This document shows positions 38,538 through 49,869 of a DNA stretch of 64,000 bases, one piece after another. The notes under the pieces are model-generated. The model did not search any database and was not told where the DNA came from. It was given only the letters and a program-made list of their open reading frames with translations. Positions within the stretch are counted from its first letter, which is position 1, and each line of letters starts with the position of its first letter. The translations under genes were made by a program, and so were the position numbers. The stretch is taken from the sequence record PQ390715.1; one strand, written 5' to 3'.

Positions 38538-41318
38538 TTATGACATACGCTTATTATGAATGGAATTATGAATGGATTTTAAATAATTATATAATTTTAT
38601 CAATCCACTACCAGTAGCTACAAACAATAGTGCTGTTGGTATCATACATCCAAACATGGTTATTAATTCATGTATTTCCATACCATCACTATTTGGTCCC
38701 ACATCAAATATAACAACCAAAACAACACCTAAAATGCTTAGACAATAATATCCCATAAAGACCATAAAAGTGATATATCCGGCACTTGATTTAATATTAC
38801 ATAACATATTATACACTGGATTAATACAGAAGAAGTATAATAACCATACCAGTGTTCCAGTACTGAACATAATAATTGAAATAATGGAAAATATCTCACG
38901 GTAACTCATATTATTTCCTCATACCCAAACGTTGGTGGATTTCAGAGATCTTTATATATAATAGTACCACAAGGTGCAGTACTAAACAACATATAATTAC
39001 GGCTAATACCAATGAACATATCATAAGACCGAAGGTTATTGTATTCAAAGAGGATGTGAACAGTCCAATTATTAATACAATAAAACCAAAATTGAATACT
39101 GTACCCAACACAGTATATGCTGGACTATATCTCTTTTGGATTACATCATATATATTTGATAATGGTCGCTTATGGAAGTACTTCCCAATGCACACGAATG
39201 CATTCAGTGAGAAGATAAATGTATACGCCATTACTAGTAATTGACCAACGAAAGATAATTCTATCCCATTCATACTAACCTCGTTTACGTTTTTTAATTG
39301 TACTGTGCATCTTTTCGAAATAGGGAACCAAAACATATTGAACAGTTTGCCAGATAACCATTAGATTATGCACTGCACCACCAAGGATACCAAACACTAG
39401 AACAATAATTGCCATAATAGGATCACCGTCTACCATACCCCATTTAAAGATATGTAAAATCCAAGCAATGACTAGACAAAATAAACTAAGCCAATACGTA
39501 ATGAAAAATCCGGCTTGTAGTTCATAATCATCAGCAATTTCATCGTATACCGTTTCTAAAAATGATACACAAAAGAATTTACCAATTATAACCACAGTAC
39601 TAATAAACAACATAGCAGTTAAGATAATAAGAGCAATTTCCATTACATCCCTCGTTTACGCTTTTGATTGCGTCTAAATTCTGTTAGTCCACGGCTAATC
39701 GGCGGCATCAGACTACATAAAAAAGTAACAGTTGTTGGTAGTAACATCAAGTCAATCATTGCAGTGTTATCTGGTGGATCAAAAACCAAAAAATACACAC
39801 AAGAAACACTAATAATGGTTGAACCGATAAAAGGAATACAAAATTCTTTTATCTGTTTTTCAACATAATCAAACATCTTGAGTACAAATAAAAATCCAAC
39901 CCAACACATAATGAAATAGAATGAATACAACGTGTAAATCAATGTTACTATATCCATTAGTACCTCGCATCAGGAACTTTAGCACGTAACTTATGAACGA
40001 CTGGGAACAACAACAAACTTACATATGCAATAGTTGAACCCCAATAGAATACTAATACAATTGGTTCACCATTAGAACGGAAACCTCTACTAATCATTGA
40101 GTAGTGAATAATAGGCATAATCATCGCCAGACCAAACCATGCGTGTAATTTTAATTGCAGCATGTTATCAGCGATGAATACTGAAATTGGTCGTTTAAAG
40201 AACCACATCAGAAAGTAGAATCCAGCACTAATAATATAGTACATGGTACTAACTTTCATATACCACGGCAGTAAGTGTAAAAAATATTCCATCATTCCTC
40301 CGGTATCTTGTTTCGAAGGTCAATCATAACACAACAAAGTTTAATGATCAAGTGAAAAACTACACATATCATACCAATTGTTCCATAAACGACTGAAAAA
40401 GCAGGTAGTGCTTTTCCGGCTAGAACAGCCACAATACATGCAATCAATGTTGATGCAAACAACGATTGATTAATGAAAGAATTCATAAAATCTTCACCAT
40501 TACGCTTATAGAATTGTCGTTTAAAATACCATCCTAGAAACATAACTACCCAAAATGTTACATAACCTGTTAGAATAATCCCTGCAATTGAATGTGCAAC
40601 TGGACTACTCCTTAAAAACTCAAGATAAGCTTCAAACATTAGAAGTCTCCGCGAATTTTATCTCTACCATGAATAATGAGATGGATTAAGTATACAACTA
40701 ACCAAATGAACAACCCAAAGAATACAATATATTGTGAGATTGAGTTCAAGTGAGGATTAGCACAATAAATTAAGTGTGCCATAAGACCAACAATTGCAAA
40801 CAAACCTTGAACAAGTGTGTAAAGAACTAGTGATGAATTCCTCACTGGATACAGTTTAAAAACAATTTTCTTTTTAAAATACCATAGTACTACAACTAGT
40901 GCATGATAAAAGAAAAAACCAAACAGATAAATCAAAGTAATACTAAGCATTGTATCTGACTTAAAGAATGTTAACATTAGAAATCCCCTTTAATTCTATC
41001 ACGAGCTTTAATAATAAAGTACATGCTACACACCAACAACCACACGATTAGACCTGAAAACACAAGATATTGTGTAATGTGTGGTGTATTATCAATTTGT
41101 AACATGTAAATCGCATATGTCATCACACCAAATAAAATAAACCCACCTTGGATAATACTATATAAAACTAAGACTACATTATCATCCGAATACAATTTAA
41201 AAACAATTTTCCTTTTAAAATACCACAGACTAATTACAATTGAATGATAACACAAAAATACAAACATGTAAATTAGCGTGATACCAAGCATTGTATCTGA
41301 ATTAAAAAACTCAAGCAT
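38538..41318 (-). CDS. Eight tandem ~105-125-aa multi-pass membrane proteins: 38538-38909, 38911-39273, 39275-39643, 39643-39957, 39957-40295, 40292-40639, 40639-40977, 40977-41318
   Basis: About three hydrophobic segments each, basic C-tail, overlapping stop/start codons; the last two are clear paralogues. Confidence 0.8.
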
Positions 41319-41385
41319 ATCGTATCTCCGGTGGTGAATATTAAGTTATAGTACTACACGATGGTAGTACTGTCAACATATGTAA

Positions 41386-42156
41386 TTAGATTTTCTCAAG
41401 GAACAAGTTTTCACATTGTTCTTCCCAATCATACGGATTGTTGTTATATACTGCTGAAATCAACAAAGGCATACGCAGGGATGGTGCACGAAGATTATCT
41501 TCATGTTTTAACATCCAGTTCAGAATTGCTTTACTGCCGTTACTGTTAACACCTTTAGATGCAAGAATATTAGTCTTAGTCATTACATTTTCAATATGAA
41601 TCATGATATCACTTTTAGTCTGAATCTGTAAATCCACGTACACAGAACGAGACATAAGAGCAGCATAATGAGCAGACATTTTAGTTTTAGCTTTAGCATC
41701 TAACGCTAAATCTTTGTTAGTAATGAATACGATGCGACCATTAAAATCAAAGCTATTAGGAATGCCGTTAGTGCTCAAGTACTTAGAGCTAGTCATATAA
41801 GATACAGTACGCTTACCACTATCCAAAACAGCTTTAAGTAGGTTCATACCATCTTCTGATTCAAAGATGCTATCCATATCATCAAGTACTAATACATTAG
41901 TGCTGTGACGATTCTTGTACAGAACTTCATACAGAGCAAGAGTAGTCATCTTACCACTGATAGTGGCTACGTTCCATTCTGCTGCGTCATGAGCTTTCTG
42001 GAGGCGTTGTGACAGGGTGTAAGTCTTACCAACACCAGGTGCACCGCTGACAACCATACTTTTTACAGTACTGCTATCGTCGAGCAAACACTCAAGAGCA
42101 ACCATCATGGAGTTGAAGTTTTTCTGGATTTGAATGCTACGTGCTTCTCTGGTCAT
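41386..42156 (-). CDS. AAA+/P-loop ATPase
   Basis: Walker A SGAPGVGKT, Walker B VLVLDDMD, sensor-1 IVFITN, ALMSR arginine finger. Confidence 0.85.
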   Translation of the reverse strand: MTREARSIQIQKNFNSMMVALECLLDDSSTVKSMVVSGAPGVGKTYTLSQRLQKAHDAAEWNVATISGKMTTLALYEVLYKNRHSTNVLVLDDMDSIFESEDGMNLLKAVLDSGKRTVSYMTSSKYLSTNGIPNSFDFNGRIVFITNKDLALDAKAKTKMSAHYAALMSRSVYVDLQIQTKSDIMIHIENVMTKTNILASKGVNSNGSKAILNWMLKHEDNLRAPSLRMPLLISAVYNNNPYDWEEQCENLFLEKI

Positions 42157-42224
42157 TTCGTTATCCTCATCAGTTGATGAAATAATTATAGCAAAAAGGG
42201 CCGACCGAAGTCAACCCTTTTGTT

Positions 42225-43649
42225 TTAGATAATTTGTACTTCACCATAGATCTGCACAATTTGCTTTCCTGGATTCTCTTCAATGAGTTTAAGGAAAGAT
42301 TTCAATATTTTTTCATGATCTTCATAATCTGCTATTCGCATGAAATTATAACCATTTGATATGGCATATTTGTTTTTAAATTCATCTCTCTCTCTCAATT
42401 TCAAATATGATTCATATGTTTTATTAAAATATGCTGTTGGATTGTAATGTTGCACTCCATCTTTTTCTAATAATAAATTAAATTCTGGAACATACAAATC
42501 ATATGGCAACAAGTATCCAGTTTCAGGATTTCTACAATTTTCAAAACGTTTTTGTGTGATATAATTGTCGAACAAAGGATAAATTATTTCTGTTAAAATC
42601 TTACCATCAGTGGATGTATTAAAGTCAGAACCTCCTTTTAATTGTATAAATTTTGGATATATAAACATACCATTTTCAAGTTCTAATTCAATGATAGTAT
42701 TAATTCCTTTAACATTACCAATTATTTTATTAAATTGAAATTTTTTACCCTTGCAATATTTTTTCGACAATTTTATTATTCTTTCTTTTGTATATCTTGG
42801 ATTACCTTTCCAAGTTGGATGCATAATCTTATCGTAACTAGTTGTATATGAAATATCATCAACTGTATATTCAACCATGCTCCTAGTACTGTTATATTCT
42901 ACAATTTCATATTCATTGATATTTAGTTTTTTCATTTTTTCTGAAATTCGATTATTCACCTCTTCATTAGTTATATTCGGTAGATTACCTTTCCATTCAT
43001 TATAGATTAATATATTAAAATCAACATATTTTTTTCCTTTCTGAGTTGGTTGTTCATATTCAATACAACTAAACACACCATTAAATTTACTAATTGAGAT
43101 AAATCTCAAATTATGTTCATTTAATTTTTTTATAGATATATTTTCTACTTCTTCATATGAATAACATGGGCTTCCCCCTTTAAAATCTTTTATTAATGAA
43201 TTGAATGATATAGAAAATATTCTTTCACGTCCTTCAATTGTATAATTGATTATAGTTCGTGCTCCATTAAATGATGCAATGCTATGAAAATTAAATTTAT
43301 CATATTTTTTAAATATATAAATGGACTCATTTATAATTTGTTCCAAGGTTCTACATATTCTACCTGGTTTATATCTATGATCAGCGAATTTTGTTTTGAT
43401 ATTTGATATTGAATGTTCATATACCATATTATCATATTCAAAATACACATGCGTATGTGAACTTTTCCATGTTGGATCTTTAAAACCAATAAATTTAATA
43501 GAATTTACATTTTTAGAGAATAGTTCCATTAAATCTTCATAATGCAAATAAGGTGACATTTGGTTATGATTTTTTTGTATATATGAATTATAATGTGTAT
43601 AATCATAATATTCATAAGTCGTTCCAAATTTATCAATATAAATTTTCAT
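42225..43649 (-). CDS. Free-standing putative homing endonuclease (C-terminal PD-(D/E)xK/Vsr-like domain)
   Basis: QKRFENCRNPETGYLLPYDLYVPEFNLLLEKDGVQHY...D..KN.YA...G...MRI; repetitive N-terminus; very AT-rich. Confidence 0.7.
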   Translation of the reverse strand: MKIYIDKFGTTYEYYDYTHYNSYIQKNHNQMSPYLHYEDLMELFSKNVNSIKFIGFKDPTWKSSHTHVYFEYDNMVYEHSISNIKTKFADHRYKPGRICRTLEQIINESIYIFKKYDKFNFHSIASFNGARTIINYTIEGRERIFSISFNSLIKDFKGGSPCYSYEEVENISIKKLNEHNLRFISISKFNGVFSCIEYEQPTQKGKKYVDFNILIYNEWKGNLPNITNEEVNNRISEKMKKLNINEYEIVEYNSTRSMVEYTVDDISYTTSYDKIMHPTWKGNPRYTKERIIKLSKKYCKGKKFQFNKIIGNVKGINTIIELELENGMFIYPKFIQLKGGSDFNTSTDGKILTEIIYPLFDNYITQKRFENCRNPETGYLLPYDLYVPEFNLLLEKDGVQHYNPTAYFNKTYESYLKLRERDEFKNKYAISNGYNFMRIADYEDHEKILKSFLKLIEENPGKQIVQIYGEVQII

Positions 43650-43879
43650 TTACTTAAAACTCCTTTCCAGTACTGAACCCGTCCAGCACCATTAATCTTA
43701 GCTTGAATCTTATCTTTTTCGACAAGACCTTCTTTGTAATCGATGGAAGTATTATCACACTTAATTACATCCAAGTCAAGTACTTCTTGTGTACTTAATG
43801 AAGTATTGTCTGCAATTTGTTGTAATGTAATTATATCAGTACCGAAGAATTCTGCTAAACGTATAAAAGATAGTTTCAT
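43646..43879 (-). CDS. Hypothetical protein
   Basis: Promoter within terminator; GAGG RBS. Confidence 0.7.
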   Translation of the reverse strand: MKLSFIRLAEFFGTDIITLQQIADNTSLSTQEVLDLDVIKCDNTSIDYKEGLVEKDKIQAKINGAGRVQYWKGVLSK

Positions 43880-43944
43880 GTATTACCTCTCGTTTCGATA
43901 AAATAATTATAGCAAAAAGGGCTGACCGAAGTCAACCCTTTATG

Positions 43945-44304
43945 TTATTCTAACTCACTCATTGTGGTGATAGTTAATCCAATTTCTTCTGCAATGTTGC
44001 ATAGCAAACCAACTGCATTACGAAGAATATCAGTGTTGTCCACCGAGAATGATGAGTTTTCATTTACAGTTGAAGACTCAATGTAGTACTCAAAATAACG
44101 AGAAGTTGAACGCACAACTTTAACACCTTCATACTTCTGTAGTTCAGAGTTGATACGCTCGATGAGCGAATCTTCCAGTACTCGATAGTCACCATTCATT
44201 CCACGTTTCCATCCATCAGCAGGACGGAAATAAAAAGTTTTTGTACGTTGAATTGTTGAGATTGTTAGTGGGTTGTATTCTGCGATTTCACTTAAAGATG
44301 CCAT
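43945..44304 (-). CDS. Hypothetical protein
   Basis: Own promoter and GAGGA RBS. Confidence 0.75.
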   Translation of the reverse strand: MASLSEIAEYNPLTISTIQRTKTFYFRPADGWKRGMNGDYRVLEDSLIERINSELQKYEGVKVVRSTSRYFEYYIESSTVNENSSFSVDNTDILRNAVGLLCNIAEEIGLTITTMSELE

Positions 44305-44367
44305 GTTGTATTCCTCATTTTCTTTGTTACATGATACTGAAAGATAAAACTGGTGTCAATGTTTTTT

Positions 44368-44802
44368 TTAGATCATAGAACGATAATACTCAGGTAACTC
44401 AACATCAGTAAACTTATACCACGTAGGCTTCATCTGGAGCTTCTCAATCAAACGTTCACGAGACATTTTAATCTCTGACTCCGTTGGTACGTAGTCATTA
44501 CAAAACTCAGCAGGGAAGCCGCTAATGTCGTTTACTTCAGTGTTTTGAATCTTCATACCACGACGCAGACATTCGTTGACAATATCAATATGACGCTTCT
44601 GTAAGTACAGTAACTTGTCGTAGAAAAATGTTACATGACCTGAACCTAACAGATAAGTACTGTTAATTTTGAAATCACGTACACGCTTACGTGCTTGAAC
44701 GTGTTTTTGTACAGCACCAAATACACGTGGGAGTTCACGATATTCAGCCATCAGATGTTGGTCAGCAAGTTCTTTAACGTGTACTAAGTTAATGCGTGTC
44801 AT
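44368..44802 (-). CDS. denV: Pyrimidine-dimer DNA glycosylase / endonuclease V
   Basis: [25 protein letters not shown] and [16 protein letters not shown] match T4 DenV. Confidence 0.95.
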   Translation of the reverse strand: MTRINLVHVKELADQHLMAEYRELPRVFGAVQKHVQARKRVRDFKINSTYLLGSGHVTFFYDKLLYLQKRHIDIVNECLRRGMKIQNTEVNDISGFPAEFCNDYVPTESEIKMSRERLIEKLQMKPTWYKFTDVELPEYYRSMI

Positions 44803-44957
44803 GTATTCATCCTCTCGTTTCGATGAAATGATTATAGCAAAAAGGGCCGACTGAAGTCAACCCTTTTTTTTCTTTCAATCAAACATAGTCTACCAGAATG
44901 TACCATGCGATGGTGATTAGAACAAAGAATCATACACTTCTTCATTGTTTAATCCAT

Positions 44958-45227
44958 TTATTCAACAATCCCCAACTTCACAATCTCATACCCGTCCAGA
45001 TAGCCGTAGGAACACTCAGGTGTTTCATAAGATGAACCATCATGGATGCCCTGGCATTGACTTTTGGAATTCTCAAGCAATCGTTGTAGTACTGATACGT
45101 CATCAAGAACGTAATACAAGTTAGCATATAGGTCAGTTACAATACAGTACTCCAACATATCAAATGTATCAATCGAAATTTCAACCTTAGCAAATCGTTT
45201 CTTTTCTTTATTATACAGTGCGTACAT
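44958..45227 (-). CDS. Hypothetical protein, paralogue of 47100..47354
   Basis: M(Y/F)AL.NK..K...YEI..L shared. Confidence 0.7.
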   Translation of the reverse strand: MYALYNKEKKRFAKVEISIDTFDMLEYCIVTDLYANLYYVLDDVSVLQRLLENSKSQCQGIHDGSSYETPECSYGYLDGYEIVKLGIVE

Positions 45228-45228
45228 A

Positions 45229-45600
45229 TTAATCTCCATAATCAAGTTTAACTAACTTACCATTCAGATAACCAAAGTTTTCTGGCTTCGCATCTGAATA
45301 AAAGAAGTCAGTACTTAACTCTGAATTCAATGCTAAAGCACACAACTCCACCCAAAATAAACCCCTATGTTGAACTGGCTTACAACGTTTCTGTACAGTT
45401 ACTAGTCCAGTACATGATGACCACAAAGTAGGACAGATACCAGTATCACTACGATTGGAGTACTGCATCCACGAACGTTCATTGAGGTTAGCTATCATCC
45501 CTGTTAAGAATAGCTTCCAACTTTTAAAGGTTGGAATCTTGATAGCATATTCCCCAATGAGGATAACAGTTCGTGTTGCACCTTTAAAATCTATATTCAT
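45229..45600 (-). CDS. Minimal protein-kinase-like protein (123 aa)
   Basis: KGATRTV, YAIKIP, NER, DAKPENFG, LVKLDYG. Confidence 0.7.
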   Translation of the reverse strand: MNIDFKGATRTVILIGEYAIKIPTFKSWKLFLTGMIANLNERSWMQYSNRSDTGICPTLWSSCTGLVTVQKRCKPVQHRGLFWVELCALALNSELSTDFFYSDAKPENFGYLNGKLVKLDYGD

Positions 45601-45608
45601 ATTTTTAA

Positions 45609-45860
45609 TTAGAAGAACACAAACCAAGTCCAGAACAAATTCCACATTACAAATAAAGACATAGTGGTTTTATGTACGATATCAGCAGTACTGGTCCATC
45701 CTCCACCGTGTCCTATTCCATTTATGAATAGAACTAAGAACAAGATACCATTTACTACAATAGTACATACTAAGTACACAAATACATTCCATGCAAGTCC
45801 AGGGGATACTAAAGTAAATGGTAAAACTATTAGTAGTATTAGAACTAATAATATTTTCAT
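45609..45860 (-). CDS. Small membrane protein
   Basis: Hydrophobic segments. Confidence 0.65.
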   Translation of the reverse strand: MKILLVLILLIVLPFTLVSPGLAWNVFVYLVCTIVVNGILFLVLFINGIGHGGGWTSTADIVHKTTMSLFVMWNLFWTWFVFF

Positions 45861-46087
45861 TTATCGCCTCACTTAATTAACGTGACATATCACGTAATAT
45901 TAGTACGAATCAGATTCCCAGTACTCGATTGCTTCTTTCAGCAATTCTTTAGCACGTTGTTTTGCAATGCGAGCGGGAAACTGATATGTGTACATTAACT
46001 GACGCTTCACTTCATTCAGTGAAAGCTGTTCATGGTACAGTGCATCCATCAGTCGATTACGAGTACGTAGTTTCATATAAGTTATCC

Positions 46088-46642
46088 TTATTTCAAAGAA
46101 TCATAGTAAGCAGTGTCAAAGATTGGAGTCATAATAACATAGTCAATACGGTCAATGTAAGTTGAACTCCACATTTCTGGTTTGTCATATAACTGACGCT
46201 CGCGTTCATTCATACGAGTCAGTACTTCTTCCAATTTACTACGTGAATCCATCAATGTATTACTCGAACCATAAGTGAAGTACTCAGTCCAATGATATTC
46301 ATATTCAGTACTGATAGATTGAATAGTACCATCTTTGAAATGAGCTAAGGCATAACCTTTCTCTACAAAGTTATCAGGTGGAAGAACACCATCTGGATTA
46401 GTTTTCAAGGCTTGTGCTAACTTTTCTTTAATTTCAGTTAACGTGCATACTGAACGAATGTTCTTCAGGTTTGATACTTGAAAATCACTGTACTTTCCAA
46501 AGAAAAAGACACGCCAATCTTTAGGTTCATTATCAGATACGGTAGCATTAGGATGATGGGCGAGTAAACGAAGAAGGCCAGCTTTATGACCGTTAATGTA
46601 GATTTCATGGATGTGGTTAGCAGTTTTCTTAAAAGTAATCAT
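46088..46642 (-). CDS. Hypothetical protein
   Basis: Early-type promoter with leader hairpin at 46663-46717. Confidence 0.75.
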   Translation of the reverse strand: MITFKKTANHIHEIYINGHKAGLLRLLAHHPNATVSDNEPKDWRVFFFGKYSDFQVSNLKNIRSVCTLTEIKEKLAQALKTNPDGVLPPDNFVEKGYALAHFKDGTIQSISTEYEYHWTEYFTYGSSNTLMDSRSKLEEVLTRMNERERQLYDKPEMWSSTYIDRIDYVIMTPIFDTAYYDSLK

Positions 46643-46719
46643 GGTAGTTCCTCGATTGTAGGGATGAGAAGTTCATCCCCCTTGATAAGCATTATACAGT
46701 ACTGAATGTGTTTGTCAAC

Positions 46720-47100
46720 TCAAAATAAATTCATTTCATGTGCGTATTGTGGTTCAAGATAAGATAAGTTTTTGAAACTGTCTTTCAATTCCGCAGCATC
46801 TACGTACACAGTACCAGGTACATTCCCCATAGTGAAGCCAACCCAAACAGTCATGTTTCCAGTTCCTAAGCGGGGCATTGATAGCGTCCCATCAGGTGAA
46901 ACATCAAACGCTACACTAAAGTCATCCGTTACAACTTCCGAACCATTTTCCAGAATAATACAACCACGTTCTTTAAGCTTCTGAATGTGGATAGCAGCCT
47001 CTACTGCACGTTTAAAGTTATAATAAGACTCTTTATCCTCGAACATTGATTGTTTAACCAGACGCTTGTTTAGCTCGGTTACTTTGTGCATTTGACGCAT
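46720..47100 (-). CDS. Hypothetical protein
   Basis: GGAG RBS before MRQMHK. Confidence 0.7.
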   Translation of the reverse strand: MRQMHKVTELNKRLVKQSMFEDKESYYNFKRAVEAAIHIQKLKERGCIILENGSEVVTDDFSVAFDVSPDGTLSMPRLGTGNMTVWVGFTMGNVPGTVYVDAAELKDSFKNLSYLEPQYAHEMNLF

Positions 47101-47354
47101 TACTTCAACTCCCACAGTTGTAGAATTTCATAAGAGCCTGGTGGTGCTGGATTGATAATCTCAGGGTATTCAGTACTGTTAGGATTACCACCAGCATTGA
47201 ACTCAGCAAGTAATAATTCGAGTTCATTCCTATCATGTACAACAAACACGCAATATCCAGTTCCTTCTTCAAGAACTGTAGTTGATCCCGCACAATCCCA
47301 TACGGTATCAATACATAATAATTCTTTAGTGTTTTTATTACGCAACGCAAACAT
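47100..47354 (-). CDS. Hypothetical protein
   Basis: Paralogue of 44958..45227. Confidence 0.7.
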   Translation of the reverse strand: MFALRNKNTKELLCIDTVWDCAGSTTVLEEGTGYCVFVVHDRNELELLLAEFNAGGNPNSTEYPEIINPAPPGSYEILQLWELK

Positions 47355-47363
47355 ATATGTCTC

Positions 47364-48399
47364 CTATCGATTCGGCATATTCTTTCGTAGTCGCAAGAGA
47401 AATTCAACCACTGACCATGTTGTAATGAAGGCTATATAAGTTGCAAGGAATCCAGTAAGAATAAATGCAACCAGCGTACTACCATTTGGGGAATCAGTTT
47501 TAATGCCGATGACACCATCGGCTACAGTGAAACATGTAGCCATTAATGTGTAACCTACGTACAACACAAAGAAAAACTCATTCTCCATTGAAGGATAGAA
47601 ACGGTTAAACACTTTATAAAATTTAAAGTACAGTAGGATTATACCAACAAAGGCATAGAATGTAAACAGTGTTGTTATAATATATGAGATTAGGTTCAAA
47701 TTATACATATCAACGCTCCGGTAGATTATCACGTAATGTTTTAATTCGATGATACATTTTCATACCAATATTACCAAAGATACCATATCCAAGTACTAAA
47801 ATGTATGCAATAAGCATAGTAATAATTACTATAGTACCAAAACTATAATGTACACTACTGATACCCATTGTAGTTTCAACGATTATTTGAGAAACTGAAA
47901 GAATCAAAAGTACAACTACAATTGGATGATTTGGGTACATTCGGTTGAACAACGTTTTGTACTTAAAGAAGCACAGTACTCCACCGAATAAGAAGTAAAC
48001 AATGTAAATGCAAGCAACAGCATAGGCAAACATGTTAGTGTAATAAATCATTACAAATCCTTACTTTTCAGGGATATTAGAACGCCATATATCAATGCGA
48101 TGAACTAGTCCAAAGAACAACCATACTGGAACGGCAGCTATCATAACAACAAATGAAAACCCAGTCAAGACCGATACCAGATTTAATTCATCAGTACTAT
48201 ACCCACATATCAGTACTTCTAATATTCCCCACGTACATGCACAAAACATCAAGAATGAAATTGGGGCATCATAGTAGATACGTTCATATAAAGTAGTGTA
48301 TCGGAAGAATGCAATAATGTAGCAAAACATATAATACACCCAAACCAAAGATACTACATAAAATGATACTTTGTTTATTAATTCAAAATATTGTTCCAT
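47364..48399 (-). CDS. Three more ~113-aa membrane paralogues: 47364-47708, 47710-48051, 48061-48399
   Basis: Y..LF.R.YP motif, three TM segments, R.N(M/L/I)PE(R/K) C-terminus. Confidence 0.8.
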
Positions 48400-48401
48400 T
48401 T

Positions 48402-48683
48402 TTACCCCAATATATATTCAGAGAGTAATGTATTAGCTTCATCTTTGTTCTTAAGGTAATACATGTAATATAGATTCGGTTCACCATCTTTAGCACTCAA
48501 ATCGAAGTACTTTAAACTATGTACTTTCATAGTAAAAACAAATAATGACTTAAAACCAATCTCACCGTACTTAACAAATAGTTCATCCAAATGAATGTAA
48601 CTTTTTGATTTGGATAATTCTTTAACGTCTGCATCAATTTCAGATAAAAGATGCTTACCTATTAAGTTTTCAAATGAACGCAT
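48402..48683 (-). CDS. Hypothetical protein
   Basis: Co-oriented ORF. Confidence 0.65.
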   Translation of the reverse strand: MRSFENLIGKHLLSEIDADVKELSKSKSYIHLDELFVKYGEIGFKSLFVFTMKVHSLKYFDLSAKDGEPNLYYMYYLKNKDEANTLLSEYILG

Positions 48684-48687
48684 GATT

Positions 48688-49101
48688 TTATCCTTTTACA
48701 CAATTTGACATAATGTAAACACGTTTAATAAAAGAACTTTCATACACGTACTTCAACTTACCATTCTCACGTAAGCGGTGGAAAACATCACCTTTGTTAG
48801 TACTCCATGTGGAACCAGTACTGACATCTACATTAGCCATTGACCCACTGGTTACATTAATACCATACTTAAAACTAAAAGTTTCTCCGTCTTCAACTAA
48901 TGTCACAGGCGTGCTACGTTCATATTCAAATACAAGTTTAGAACCAATCATCTCATATGATTTCAATTTACACTTCATTACACCCATTTCATCTTGAGTG
49001 GGTAGATTTCTTTCAAATATATCAGAAACTTCGTTTGCAGAAGCAAATGAACTCATGGTCATTAATACAATACCAGTTACAATTAAAATAATATTTTTCA
49101 T
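48688..49101 (-). CDS. Secreted protein, paralogue of 49870..50289
   Basis: Signal peptide; shared PT..E.GV..C, FSF.Y and G.LKYVYES. Confidence 0.8.
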   Translation of the reverse strand: MKNIILIVTGIVLMTMSSFASANEVSDIFERNLPTQDEMGVMKCKLKSYEMIGSKLVFEYERSTPVTLVEDGETFSFKYGINVTSGSMANVDVSTGSTWSTNKGDVFHRLRENGKLKYVYESSFIKRVYIMSNCVKG

Positions 49102-49158
49102 GATAGGTTTATCTCTTTGTTTACGGTTTATTAAGAATACACCAGAACATCAGTTCTG

Positions 49159-49800
49159 TCAATAAAAAACTGGGTCTTCTTCAGTAATTGGTATTTCTCT
49201 ACGCACATCACACGAAAGAGGATCAGTAATGAATACATTCCCATCTTTATCCATCATCACATTACTTGAATGAATGTCTGGTACAAAACGCCCGTGAAAC
49301 TCTTTCATGATGTTAGCAGCGACCGTCGCAATAGCAATCTCTTCAGAATTTCCACGCATATCATTCACTGAAGTAGCGTACTGACCAGCATGTGCATAAG
49401 AATATAAATCTCCAATTTTAGTACTAACAAAGTCATCATAATTATTTTTTTGTTTAATTATAGGATAGTACTTGTCCATCTCATACCATCCAAAGTTTCC
49501 TTGTTCGTTGGCACTGTAGATCACTGGAAGAAACTTGGTTCCTGCGTTTTCAATGCAGTACTTTGCATAAGCACGAAAACCATCCCAGCGTGAAGTGGTT
49601 ACTTTAAATGCACGCCCAGGATAGTTTTTATGTTCAACTACTACAGAGTACATCCCCATACCAAGCAAAGTAAGTCCAGCAGCTTTAACTTGTGGAAAGA
49701 TTACGCGTTCAGCATAAGGAATATCAAACTCCATCGCACAACGAGTTTTTGATGGACGCAAAATGTCAATTAAAGTTTTGAATATTTCTTGCTTAGTCAT
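49159..49800 (-). CDS. T7 gp0.7-like Ser/Thr protein kinase
   Basis: GLTLLGMGMYS...H...PGRAFKV...DG..AY..YC and PDIHSSNVM...ITDP match the T7 0.7 kinase pattern. Confidence 0.85.
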   Translation of the reverse strand: MTKQEIFKTLIDILRPSKTRCAMEFDIPYAERVIFPQVKAAGLTLLGMGMYSVVVEHKNYPGRAFKVTTSRWDGFRAYAKYCIENAGTKFLPVIYSANEQGNFGWYEMDKYYPIIKQKNNYDDFVSTKIGDLYSYAHAGQYATSVNDMRGNSEEIAIATVAANIMKEFHGRFVPDIHSSNVMMDKDGNVFITDPLSCDVRREIPITEEDPVFY

Positions 49801-49869
49801 TACTTTATCCTCTGTAGTTAATACCAACATCATAACAAAAAAGGCTGACCGAAGTCAACCCTTTTATTA

